Source: an uncultured Gemmatimonadaceae bacterium (GTDB taxonomy: Bacteria > Gemmatimonadota > Gemmatimonadetes > Gemmatimonadales > Gemmatimonadaceae). Taken from it: 64,000 bases of DNA. Made by a program: the position numbers and the translations under genes. How positions within the stretch are numbered: position 1 is the first letter of the stretch; every line of letters begins with the position of its first letter. This document shows, one piece after another, positions 1 through 9,861 of the stretch. Location of the stretch: positions 416,001 through 480,000 of the forward strand of contig CAWHHI010000004.1 of the NCBI GenBank assembly GCA_963829055.1, read 5' to 3'. The notes beneath the pieces were generated by a model that saw nothing but the letters and a program-made list of their open reading frames with translations, did not search any database and was not told where the DNA came from.

Positions 1-990
1 GAAGATCTGCGCCACGTAGTCGCGGAGCAGCTTTCGGCAGGTAGTGCGCGAGCGTAGTCGCCCGGAACCGCGTGCGTTGGCCACATCGCGACTTCGACCT
101 GCGCCGTGAACGTCGGCGTCACGTACGTCCCGTTGCGAACGAACTTCGCGTACAGCGGCGCGAGGTCCTCGGATCGAGCACCGGCCTAACGCCGTTTGTA
201 CCGTGAAGCGCGGCTGGAGCGCGACCGAATCCGCCGGCGTGCAATCGAGCCGGAATCGCGAGCAGGTGCTCGATGCTCTTCTGTCCCGAGTCGGACGCGG
301 CCGCCGACCCGACCGACGCGCGGCACGTGTCCGGCGAACACCATGCCACGCTCCCGCGCGCGCCGAGCGATCGCGAAGTACGCCTCCGCGTTGAGCTGCG
401 AGTGAACCTTGATGAAGTCCACGCCGAGCGCGACGAGCGAGTCCACTCCAACGCGCGCCTCGGCAGCGTTGCGGGCGAGCAGGTGCGGGATCGGCACGTC
501 GCCACCCTCGAGGTACGGGCCCGACGCGATTATCCGTGGGCCGACGAGCTGGCCGCGGGCGATCTCCGCCGCGCCACGTCGTGAGGGTGTCCCAGTCGCC
601 GGCCATGTCGCGCACGCCGGTCACGCCGTTGGCCACGTAGAGCGGCAGGAGCTCACGGCCGCCGGCCATCCAGCGATCGCGGTGTGCACGTGCATGTCCC
701 AGAAGCCCGGGACGAGAAATTTTCCTCGGCCGTCGATGACGCGAGCGCCCGCCGGCGCGGGAGTCGAGCGCGAGGGCCCGGCCGCGACGATACGATTGCC
801 GCGAATGACGACCGTCTGGTTAGGCACCGGCGTCGAGTCGCGACCGTCGATCACGGTGACCCCCGTGAACGCGAGCGGGGTCTGTGCGCTCGCCGACGCC
901 GCGGGCGACGCCAGCATGAGGCTGCCCGTCATCGCCGCCGCAATGCACGCCAGGGTAGCGGCCCCGATGCGGCGTTGGCTCCTCTGAGGC
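1..990 (-). CDS. Amidohydrolase family protein (frameshifted, runs off window start)
   Basis: Signal-like N-terminus, then AFTGVTVIDG...VIDGRGKFLVPGFWDMHVH (HxH metal motif); later GVDFIKVH and FAGHVP in another frame. Start approximate. Confidence 0.85.
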
Positions 991-1277
991 AAGTCGAGCG
1001 TGTTCGTCAGCAAGCTATCGATCCCCGCGTCGGGCGCAGTCAAAGTGGATGCATTGAATCGGGCGTCGCTGAGTCTATCGGCGGGACAGCACGTGCGCGA
1101 GGAACCAAGCGCGTGAATTGGTCGGCCAACCGGAACGACCTCGCTCGAAATGGCTGGTCGCGGCGGCGTCGGAGGGAGTGGTGCACCCCACCATCGACAG
1201 GGTTGCGACCGGCCTCCCGGTCGATACCACTGCCGCTGCCGTTCCGCGAGGTTACGGCGACGAGAGGGGAGGGGACC

Positions 1278-1754
1278 ATGTACACACCGGTCGAGACATA
1301 TCGCGGCTTCGTGTACCCGTGGGTCATCGACCACGTCGGGCACATGAACGTGCAGTTCTATACCGCGCGGTTCGACGAAGCGAGCTGGCAGTTTCTCGCG
1401 CAGCTCGGCCTCACGCCGGCGTTCCTGAAACGGAACGCACGCGCGGCCGTCGCCGTCGATCAGCGCACGCAGTACAAGCGGGAAGTTCTGGCGGGCACGT
1501 TGATCCACATCACCAGTGAGCTCGTCTCACTTGGTCGCACCAGCATTCGCTTCGTGCACCGCATGTTCGACAGCGAGACCCGCGAGGAAGTCGCCGTCAG
1601 TGAGCTGGTCGGCGTCTACTTCGATACCGACTGCCGGGCTGCGACGCCGCTGCCCGCCCACGTGCACGGGCGTGCCGGCGAGATGCTGACGACCAGCGCG
1701 GAGGTGTTGGTCGACTCCGGCGACGACACCGCGGAGATGGTTGCGATCGCGTGA
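1278..1754 (+). CDS. Acyl-CoA thioesterase (hotdog fold, 4HBT-like)
   Basis: VYPWVIDHVGHMNVQFY motif; G-rich RBS before the ATG at 1278. Confidence 0.85.
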   Translation: MYTPVETYRGFVYPWVIDHVGHMNVQFYTARFDEASWQFLAQLGLTPAFLKRNARAAVAVDQRTQYKREVLAGTLIHITSELVSLGRTSIRFVHRMFDSETREEVAVSELVGVYFDTDCRAATPLPAHVHGRAGEMLTTSAEVLVDSGDDTAEMVAIA

Positions 1755-1766
1755 CTTCACTACCGC

Positions 1767-2666
1767 CTAACGTGGTGTCGTCTCGGTGATGCGGTCGCGG
1801 ACGAAGTCGTCGAGGTGCGTGAGCTGTATCGGGTAGCGCCGCAGCATCTGCGCCGGATCGAACGTCTGATCCGTCGTGTCGAACACGATGCTCGCGCGCA
1901 TGACCTCGCTGATCCCTGGATGAAAGGGACCCAGCAGGGCGGACATGATTCGCAGCGTACCGAGGGAGACATGACGGAGTTTCGGCGAGCGACCGGAGAG
2001 CCGCGCATACAGGGCGGCGACCTCGTGACGGCTGAGGTTTGTCGGCCCGCCGATCTCGATGACCTCGTTCGTCGAGGTTGGGCGACTCAGTGCCATGACG
2101 GCGACCGCGGCCACGTCACGCGCCGCGACGAAGTTCGCCGGTTGTTCGCCCCTCCCGAAGATGACGGCCGGTTTTCCGTTCAGGATCGCCTTGCCTAACA
2201 ATTCGTGCGCGTGCGTCTCCATGAACGCTGTGGGGCGGAGGATCGTGTAGCGGAGGCCGCTCGCCTCGAGGTAGCGCTCCGTCTCGTATTTGCGTCGCCA
2301 GAAGCCAATCGGATGCGCGGCCGACACGCCGATCACCGACGTGTACACGAACTGACCGACGCGCTCGGATTTGGCGGCATCGATGAGTGCCCGATGTCCC
2401 GCGTCGTCGACAACGGCGGAGGCGTTCCGTCCTCTCCCGAGCAGGGCGTGGGCCGCGGCGACAACGGCGTCCGCGCCGCGTATCGCCGGTCCTAACGAGG
2501 CCGGCTCGGCGAGATCCGCGTGTCGCACCTCCGCACCGATCGCCTCGAGGTCCGCTGCTTTCGCGGGGGTGCGCGCGATGGCGATGACCTGATGACCCGT
2601 CATGAGCATCTGCCGAGTCACCTCGCGCCCTAACGATCCCGTGGCACCGACCACCGCGACCCGCAT
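1767..2666 (-). CDS. NAD(P)-dependent oxidoreductase, atypical SDR/NmrA-like
   Basis: VAVVGATGSLG Rossmann motif, YTILRPTAFM; intact 299 aa ORF. Confidence 0.9.
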   Translation of the reverse strand: MRVAVVGATGSLGREVTRQMLMTGHQVIAIARTPAKAADLEAIGAEVRHADLAEPASLGPAIRGADAVVAAAHALLGRGRNASAVVDDAGHRALIDAAKSERVGQFVYTSVIGVSAAHPIGFWRRKYETERYLEASGLRYTILRPTAFMETHAHELLGKAILNGKPAVIFGRGEQPANFVAARDVAAVAVMALSRPTSTNEVIEIGGPTNLSRHEVAALYARLSGRSPKLRHVSLGTLRIMSALLGPFHPGISEVMRASIVFDTTDQTFDPAQMLRRYPIQLTHLDDFVRDRITETTPR

Positions 2667-2678
2667 CCTCCCTCGCTG

Positions 2679-2712
2679 AAAAGCGGATCGCTCAAGCTGA
2701 CGCGATCCGCTC
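2679..2712 (-). terminator. Putative intrinsic terminator
   Basis: Minus-strand stem AGCGGATCGC...GCGATCCGCT followed by a short T run, downstream of the 2753-3121 gene. Confidence 0.55.
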
Positions 2713-2752
2713 TCAGGCGATAGCTCGCGAGCGAGGTTTGCGCCGAATGGTG

Positions 2753-3121
2753 CTACGCCGCCCTTTCATGCCAGACATCGATCGAGCGCGACCCCATGAG
2801 GCGATTCGCCGCCGACAGCGGATCGCCCTCGCCGAATGCGCCGAGCACCCGCCGCAGAATGCGCGGCCACACCTCAGCGACCGAATCGACGCCGTCTCCG
2901 AGCGCGCCGGCGCGGTGGCTGAAGCGCAGCTGATTGCGGCGCAGCCCGAGCTCGAGCCGCTTCATCGCGTCGCCCGGCGGAAGAAGAAACAGGTACCAGA
3001 CCGCGATCACCGCGAGCGCGTGCTCGTTCCAGGACGAGGCGGGCATGGAGCCGTCTTCGAACGACAGCACGAACTCCCACAGCTCGAAGGTCGAGGGAAA
3101 TTCCGCATTCAAGTCCGACAT
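2753..3121 (-). CDS. Hypothetical protein
   Basis: MSDLNAEF...FVLSFEDGSMPASSWNEHALAVIAVWYL; AAAGG RBS upstream; protein-like composition. Confidence 0.65.
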   Translation of the reverse strand: MSDLNAEFPSTFELWEFVLSFEDGSMPASSWNEHALAVIAVWYLFLLPPGDAMKRLELGLRRNQLRFSHRAGALGDGVDSVAEVWPRILRRVLGAFGEGDPLSAANRLMGSRSIDVWHERAA

Positions 3122-3324
3122 GGTGTCACCTTTCGTCTCATTGGTAGGCGACGCCGCCAGTTCGTTACGTCCGCGGCGCGTCGCCAATTCAGATACGCGA
3201 CCGGCTCGGGCTTCGAGACGGTGCGCTGCGACTCACTACACGGCGTATGGTAATTTCGGCGATCAAACTGCTATCACCGCGCGATCACCTAGCGGAATTC
3301 ACTCGGAGTTGCGGTCTTTTTCGT

Positions 3325-3420
3325 TGGACCTCGGCGTAGATCTCGAGCACGTTACCGTCCGGATCGCGAAAGAACGGCGTCCGATTGCCCCGCCATGGCT
3401 GGTACGTCGGCGGGATGTCG
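3325..3420 (-). pseudogene. C-terminal remnant of a VOC/glyoxalase family gene
   Basis: Manual translation PPTYQPWRGNRTPFFRDPDGNVLEIYAEV matches the VOC C-terminal signature; no N-terminal half or start. Confidence 0.65.
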
Positions 3421-3428
3421 CATACGAC

Positions 3429-3465
3429 ACGAGCGGCGCGCGGCTTCGAGCCGCGCGCCGCTCGT
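3429..3465 (-). terminator. Strong hairpin after the S8 peptidase
   Basis: ACGAGCGGCGCGCGGCT-tcg-AGCCGCGCGCCGCTCGT perfect stem just after the stop; no clear U-tract. Confidence 0.6.
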
Positions 3466-3488
3466 CCTGTCGCTGTTCCCGTCGTCGC

Positions 3489-4913
3489 TTACTGCGACAG
3501 CGCTTTCAGCAGGTTGACGCGACCGGCGCCGTAGGCGTCGTCCGGTCCTGGAGGACCGAGGTCATCGAGCCCGTTCAGCAACAGCTGCTTGATGCGGGCC
3601 GGGTTCCTTGCCCCGTACTTCGCGATGAGTTGCGCCACGACGCCGGTCACGTGTGGTGCTGCCTGCGACGTCCCTGCGATGCCAATCGTGAAGAAGAAGC
3701 CAGGTGGCGCGTTGCAGGGAAACACGATGGTGTTGCCCGAGACCGCGGCGAGGTGATGTGCGCAGACCGAAGACACCCACCCAGCGCCCGTGCCGCCCGG
3801 CGCCGAGACGGTGATGGATTTCCGCCCCGTGTTGCTGTAGCTCGCCGGCGCATCGACGTTTGCCCACGGGCCGGAGAACGCATTCGCGCTCGCCGTCGGT
3901 CCCGTCGCCGACACGCAGATCACGTGCGGCGCCTCGCAGAAAACGGCGAGCGAGCGTCCGTTACCGTCGAGGTTGAGTGCATCGTTACCAGCGGAGACGA
4001 CGACCACCATCCCGGCCCGGTTGGCGTAGTTGAAGACCTTGTTCGTGATCCCAACGAACCCCTTACTCCCCGCCTTGTCGATTCCCCCTGAGACACCGAG
4101 GCTCATGTTTGCCACGTCCGCGCCATGATCAGCCGCCCAGATGATCCCGGCCAAAATGCCTCCCAGCGTGCCGCCGCCGTTCGCGCCGAGCACTTTGACG
4201 CCGATGAGACGCGTGCGCGAGTTGACGCCGGCGAAGATCGTTGCGTTCGACGAGACCTGCGTTGCCACGTTCGTCCCGTGCCCGTTCAGATCGTCGAGCT
4301 GATTCCGTCCCGGCAGCAGCGCGGCGATCAGCGCGTTGTCGTTGGGTACCAACGACGTCGACCGTGAGAGATCGACCATGCCGTTCATGTCGAAGCTGTC
4401 GTAGTCGATACCGGTATCGAGGATGGCGGCGGTGACGTTAGGCGACCCGAGGTTGCCGAGCGCCCACGCGGCTGGCGCGCTGATGGCGCGCATGTTCCAC
4501 TGGAAGGCGAAGCGGAACGACCCTGCCGGGTTCGCGATGCTGTTCACCGAGACATCGGCGGCGTTCAGCTCGCTGCCTGGCGTCGGCGCGCCGAGCTGCA
4601 CGGGCACGTCATCGTAGACGGCACCAACGCCGGCTTGTCGCCCGAGTGCAGCGGCGGCCTGGGCACTGAGGCCGCTGACGCCGGCGAAGCCTGCGCCGTC
4701 GGCCACGAAGTCGACCGTGCCACCTAACGCCGCAACGCGCGCCGCGAAATCAGCGCGCACGGGCCCATTTAATTCCACCACGAACCGGTTCGGGGCCGCC
4801 GCGACGGCGGCAGTTGGCGTCACCGCCCTTGCGGGGGTCGGCTGGACCGGGCTATCCGAACAGGCGGCGAGCGCGACGGTTGCTGCTGCGAACGAGAGGA
4901 CCGGTGATCGCAT
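3489..4913 (-). CDS. S8 family (subtilisin-like) serine peptidase, lipoprotein
   Basis: Catalytic motifs ILDTGI, GHGTNVA, GTSQAAPHV; lipobox LAAC; GGAGG RBS. Confidence 0.95.
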   Translation of the reverse strand: MRSPVLSFAAATVALAACSDSPVQPTPARAVTPTAAVAAAPNRFVVELNGPVRADFAARVAALGGTVDFVADGAGFAGVSGLSAQAAAALGRQAGVGAVYDDVPVQLGAPTPGSELNAADVSVNSIANPAGSFRFAFQWNMRAISAPAAWALGNLGSPNVTAAILDTGIDYDSFDMNGMVDLSRSTSLVPNDNALIAALLPGRNQLDDLNGHGTNVATQVSSNATIFAGVNSRTRLIGVKVLGANGGGTLGGILAGIIWAADHGADVANMSLGVSGGIDKAGSKGFVGITNKVFNYANRAGMVVVVSAGNDALNLDGNGRSLAVFCEAPHVICVSATGPTASANAFSGPWANVDAPASYSNTGRKSITVSAPGGTGAGWVSSVCAHHLAAVSGNTIVFPCNAPPGFFFTIGIAGTSQAAPHVTGVVAQLIAKYGARNPARIKQLLLNGLDDLGPPGPDDAYGAGRVNLLKALSQ

Positions 4914-5357
4914 GCGACTTACTCCTCCAGGTGGGGGCGCGAGAGCACTCGCGCCGCCAGGGTGACGCACGCGCACGAGCCACCGGACCCGGCTGGGCCG
5001 CCGCCGCGCGTTGCAACGTGGGCAGCACAGGATGGGCTTGTCTCACAACGCGTGTCAACGATGAGCGCTGTTACAGGCCAAACTGTTGGCTCAGCGCCAC
5101 AGCGGGGCGGATTTTAGCGGCGGCCCTTGGGAGCACGAGCCACAGCCGCCGCGGTTCGAACCGCCACCACTCCACAGTCACCTGCGTCAACCAATACAAC
5201 TGTGCTGGCGCCGACTCGAGGATACCGCCGACACGCTCGGCGCCCATCTCCCGGACATACCTAACGCGGCGCGCGCACGCGGCTGGCCGTGAATGGCCCA
5301 CCAGAATCACCGACAATGGCCCTACAGGCTGTACCGCTTGTGTCGTACCATTCTCCG

Positions 5358-5843
5358 ATGAGCTTCGACATTATCGGTACCAGATCGGTTGGCGCGCTGC
5401 TCGGGCTGCTCGCATGCGGCGCCACAGCGTGCCGTGGCGCGCAGAAGGGGACGTCGGCTTCTCCCGCGGTTGCCCCGGTGCGCCCCGCGACCGCCGCCGG
5501 CGTCGGGCCGGCGTCGTACGCTCTCACGCCGCTCGACGGATCGCGCCTAACGGCGACCGTCGTAGAGGTGCGCATCGAGCCCGGACAGCAATCGCGCGCC
5601 CATAGTCACCCGTGCCCGGTCGTCGGATACATCATCGAGGGTGCCTACCGTATGCAGGTGAGGGGTGAGGCCGAGCACGTGTACACCGCTGGCCAGACGT
5701 TCTACGAGCCCGCTAACGGCGTGCACGCCGTGTCCGCGAGCGCGAACGACAAGCCAGTCCGCTTTCTCGCCTACTTCACCTGCGATCGTCAGACGCCGCT
5801 GACCGTCCCCCCGCCCGATTCCGGACGTTCGCCTCGCGATTGA
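5358..5843 (+). CDS. Cupin domain protein (possible lipoprotein)
   Basis: HSHPCPVVGYIIEG and GQTFYEPANGVH cupin motifs. Confidence 0.85.
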   Translation: MSFDIIGTRSVGALLGLLACGATACRGAQKGTSASPAVAPVRPATAAGVGPASYALTPLDGSRLTATVVEVRIEPGQQSRAHSHPCPVVGYIIEGAYRMQVRGEAEHVYTAGQTFYEPANGVHAVSASANDKPVRFLAYFTCDRQTPLTVPPPDSGRSPRD

Positions 5844-5987
5844 CGCGGCGCTCCGCGGTCACCGTTTCACGAGTGCGTTTGGCATCGAGCGGTGCCGCTC
5901 GATCTCGCGCACGACGAACTCCGATCAACGCTCCTCTCATGCGATGGCGAGGACAGAATGCTCGGTTCGTGAACGGCGGAACAGCGA

Positions 5988-6195
5988 GACAGGATGGCCA
6001 GGATTGGCAGGATTGAGAAGATGACCGCCTCGGCGTCGAGGAGCGGGTCGCCGGGGCCTAACGAATGTGGGGGACACATCTCGGGGAGCGTGGCGTCCCG
6101 AGCGGCCGTTCCCCTCATTCCGGGCTCGTTGCGGGAGGGCCCCTGCGTGCGACACGGAGCCTCTGTTCAATCCTGTCCATCCTGGCCATCCTGTC
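5988..6195. repeat. Inverted-repeat element with tandem CAGGAT(T)-type arms
   Basis: GACAGGATGGCCAGGATTGGCAGGATTG (5988-6015) is near-complementary to CAATCCTGTCCATCCTGGCCATCCTGTC (6168-6195); extra partial arm near 6369-6386. Confidence 0.8.
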
Positions 6196-6524
6196 ATGCA
6201 GTGGCCGTTGCCGTCAGCAGCCCGTGCGTGATGCGCCGTCGCGAACTGCGCCGCTCCTCCGCTCAGCCTAGCGTTCGCAGATTAGCCGCTCGGCGAGAGC
6301 AGCGTCGCGAGCAGCCGGTCCAGCCATTCTCGACTGGTGACGGGATCTCGTGGGAACGCAGAGCCGTCATCCTGCCAATCCTGTCCGGGTCTTCGCGCGA
6401 TGTTCCGAAACCTGCCAACCATCCGCTCCCCTTGCGCGTCTAAGGGACAGGCAGTCAGTTTCTCCATAGATCGGCATAGGAAGGAGGCCGACGAACCTTC
6501 TCGCCCACCGAAACGGAGACTGCC

Positions 6525-6880
6525 GTGTTCGCCAAAGAGTCCGGTCTGCTGCAAGGCACGCTCGAGCTCCTCGTACTCAAGACGCTCTCGTGGGGACCGA
6601 TGCACGGCTACGGGATCGCGAGCTGGATCGAGAGCGCGACGAGCGACGTCCTCCGCGTGGAGGAAGGGCTCGCTCTATCCCGCGCTGTACCGCATGACGC
6701 GCAAGGGTTGGATCGCCGGCAAGTGGGGCACGAGCGAGAACAACCGGCGCGCGAAGTTCTACCACCTCACGCCCGGAGGGACGGCGCCAGTTCGTCGAGC
6801 AGACGACGGGGTGGCAGCGCTTCGCCGCGGCCGTGAATCAGGCGGTGGACACGACACGAGCGCCCAGTTGGGCGCGGTGA
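6525..6880 (+). CDS. PadR family transcriptional regulator (frameshifted)
   Basis: [24 protein letters not shown], then [10 protein letters not shown]...[13 protein letters not shown] in the next frame. Confidence 0.92.
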
Positions 6881-6891
6881 CCAGAGCGACC

Positions 6892-9581
6892 ATGCGTGAG
6901 AAATTGCAGAAAGGCGACGGTGGTCGCGGCGGGCGTCCCTTCGAGCCCAAGCCACAGGTCGAAGTCGACAGCGAGCTCGCGTTCCACCTCGAGGAGCGCG
7001 TGCGCGATTACGTGGCGCGCGGCATGGACCCCGTCGCGGCACGTGCGGCGGCGCTCGAGCGCTTCGGCGACGTGACGAGCGTCCGCGACGAGTGCACGCA
7101 GCTGCTCGCGGAGGAGCGCCGCGCCGTGGCCCGTCGCGACTGGCTCGACGACCTGCGGCAGGATCTGCGGTATCGGCGTCCGCTCCGCGGTGCGCGCTCC
7201 GCTGTTCTCGCTGCTGGCGATCGTCACGCTGGCGCTCGGCATCGGCGCGAACGCCGCCGTCTTCGGCGTCGTCAAATCGGTGCTGCTGAACGCGCTGCCG
7301 TACGCGGACGCGGACCGCCTCGTGCGCGTGTATGCGCGCATGGAGGATGGGACTATGGAACGGTCCTCCATGAGCGCCGGCGCGATCACGGACTTCAGTG
7401 CGCGACAGCGCTCGTTCTCGCGCGTCGCCCCATTCTACCGTGAGAACGTTCGACGTCACGTACGCGGCCGACGGCGGCCCGCGCGTCATCAGCGCGACGC
7501 TGGTCGGAGCGGGCTTCTTCCAGACCCTCGGCGTGTCCGGCGCTCCGAGGGCGCCTGCTGCGCGACGAGGACATGAAGACCGGCGCGCCTGACGTCGTCA
7601 TGCTGAGTTGGGCTGCATGGCAGCGTGAGTTCGGCGGCGACCCACGCGCGGTCGGGAAGTCGATGCGCATCGACGGCGAGGCGCAGGAGATCGTCGGCGT
7701 CCTGCCACGCGGATTCGTCGGGCCGAATGGGTGCGGCGGACCTCTGGTTTCCGCTCGATCTCGGACCGGCGCTCCGCGACCCTGTTCGCGCGCGCAAGCA
7801 ACACTGGCTCAGTCTCGTCGGGCCGGCTCGCGCCTAACGCCACCGTCGCGTTCGGCACAGCGCGAGATCGCGGCCATCGGCACGGACCTCGCGCGCGAGC
7901 ATCCCGAGGCGCAGGGCGGCATGGCGCTCCGAGGCTTCCCATTGCGCGACGACATGGTCGGCGAGACGCGCACGCCACTGCTCGTGCTCATGGCGAGCGC
8001 CGGCCTCGTGCTCGTGATCACGTGCGCCAACCTCGCCGGCGCTCTGCTGTCCCGCTCGTTGAGTCGGCGCAAGGAGTTCGCCGTTCGCATCGCGCTCGGC
8101 GCCGGGCGCGGAGCCGACTCGTCAGGCAGCTGTTGACCGAGAGTCTCGTCCTCGCGCTCGCCGGTGGCGGCGTCGGACTGCTGCTCGCCATGGCTCGGAC
8201 TCGCGGCCGTGCGCTCGCTCGCGTCGACGGCGCTTGCCCGCATACGCGGAGCTGTCGCTGGACCCGGTGGCCGTTGCGGTGACCGGCCTGCTCGCCCTCG
8301 TCACGGGTGTCGCGTTCGGCGTCGCGCCAGCAGCTGGCTGCCGGCCGCGCCAACACGCAGGGAACGCTGCGCGACGAAACGCGCGGCGCGAGCGAGAGCC
8401 GCCGCACGCGACGACTCCGCGGCCTGCTCGTCGCCGGGCAGATCGCGCTGTGCGTGAGCCTGCTCGCTGGCGCGGGCCTGCTCGTTCGCAGTCTGTGGAC
8501 GATGGCCACGGCGCCGCTCGGATTCGACCCGCATGGCGTGCTCACGATCGCCGTGCAGTTACCGGGGCGGACGTATACGTCGACGCCGGCACGCGCCGCG
8601 ATTCTTCGAGCAGTTCGAGCAGCGCGCTGCGCGCGATTCCCGGCGTGCGCGACGTGGCGGACGTGAGCGAGCTGCCGACGCCGAACATGAATCGCAACGG
8701 GCTGACGATCGAGGGCCTGACGTGGCCTGCTGGCGAGGGACAGCCGTTCATCGCGTCCGAGATCGTGTCCGACGACTACTTCCGCACGATGCGCATTCCG
8801 CTTCGAAGCGGGCGTACCTTCGGCCCGGCTGACCGGGACAGCACGCAGCGGGTAGTCGTGATCAGCGAGGCGATGGCGCGTCGGTACTGGCCTAACGGGA
8901 ACGCCGTCGGCGCCCGTATCCGTATGGGACCGGCCGAGGTGGCGCCGTGGGCACAGGTGATCGGCATCGTGGGCGACGTGCGCACTGACCCCGCGCGTCC
9001 CGTCCCGGAGCCGATGACGTACACGTCGAGCCGGCAGGACGCGTGGGGAGCCCGGACGCTCCTGATACGAACCGACGGCGATCCCCTCGCGCTCGTGAAG
9101 CCGGTGCAGCGCGAGTTGACGGCACTCGACGCGTCGATTCCCATCCGACGCCGCGGCGCCGATGGAAACCTTGCTCGCCGATCAGCTTGCGGGTCGTCGC
9201 CTGCCGGTGGTGCTCATGATGGCGTTCGGTGTCCTGGCGCTGCTGCTCGCGTCGGTGGGCGTGTACGCGATGTTCGCGAGCATGGCGGCGGCGAGGGAGC
9301 GCGAGTTCGGCGTCCGGGTGGCACTCGGCTCGAGCCGAGGCGCGATCGCGGGGCTGGTGCTGAGGCAGGGTGGCGTCTGGATGATTGCCGGCCTGGTCGC
9401 GGGGGCAGTGGGTGTGGTGCTGGTCGCGCGCGGTCTCGGCGGGCTGCTGTACGGCGTGACGCCGTTCGACCCGATCGCGTTAGGCGTCGCCGGCACGACG
9501 CTCATCGTGTCCGCGGTGGTGGCGCTGCTGGTTCCGGTGCGTCGCGCGACGCGGGTGGATCCGGTGAGTGTATTGCGGTAG
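6892..9581 (+). CDS. ADOP-type duplicated ABC/MacB-like permease (frameshifted)
   Basis: [69 protein letters not shown]; follows PadR as is typical. Confidence 0.92.
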
Positions 9582-9775
9582 GGACTCGGGACTGGGGACT
9601 CGGGACTGGCGAACTGCGAGCTGGTCGCTGGTCGCTCGTGCTGGTCGCTGAGTCGCCGCTGCGTGCAGCGAGCAGCGCGTGGGTGACCGGGCGGTATTGG
9701 CAGCAGCGGGCAGCGTGCGGCCGCAGCATGCAGCCGGCGGCTGAGGTTCCCAGCGTGCAGCCGCGTGCAGCTGCT
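9581..9775. repeat. Intergenic short tandem repeats (GGGACT(C/G), GCTGGTC, GCAGC-rich)
   Basis: gggactcgggactggggactcgggactgg directly at the stop codon, then ctggtcgctggtcgct and gcagc-rich runs. Confidence 0.7.
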
Positions 9776-9861
9776 CGCCCGCCGAGCCTATCGACAAACC
9801 CCGTGTCTTCCGTCGATAATGCGTCGGTACCGCTTTGTTCTCTTCAGCCCCGACGCCCCAG

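Noticed and set aside
5071..5316. Short ORFs between the S8 peptidase and cupin genes
   Set aside because: No recognisable motif or RBS; overlapping candidates on both strands in a divergent promoter region.
6463..6481. Possible PadR operator TCCATAGATCGGCATAGGA upstream of padR
   Set aside because: The palindrome is too imperfect to call from a single copy.
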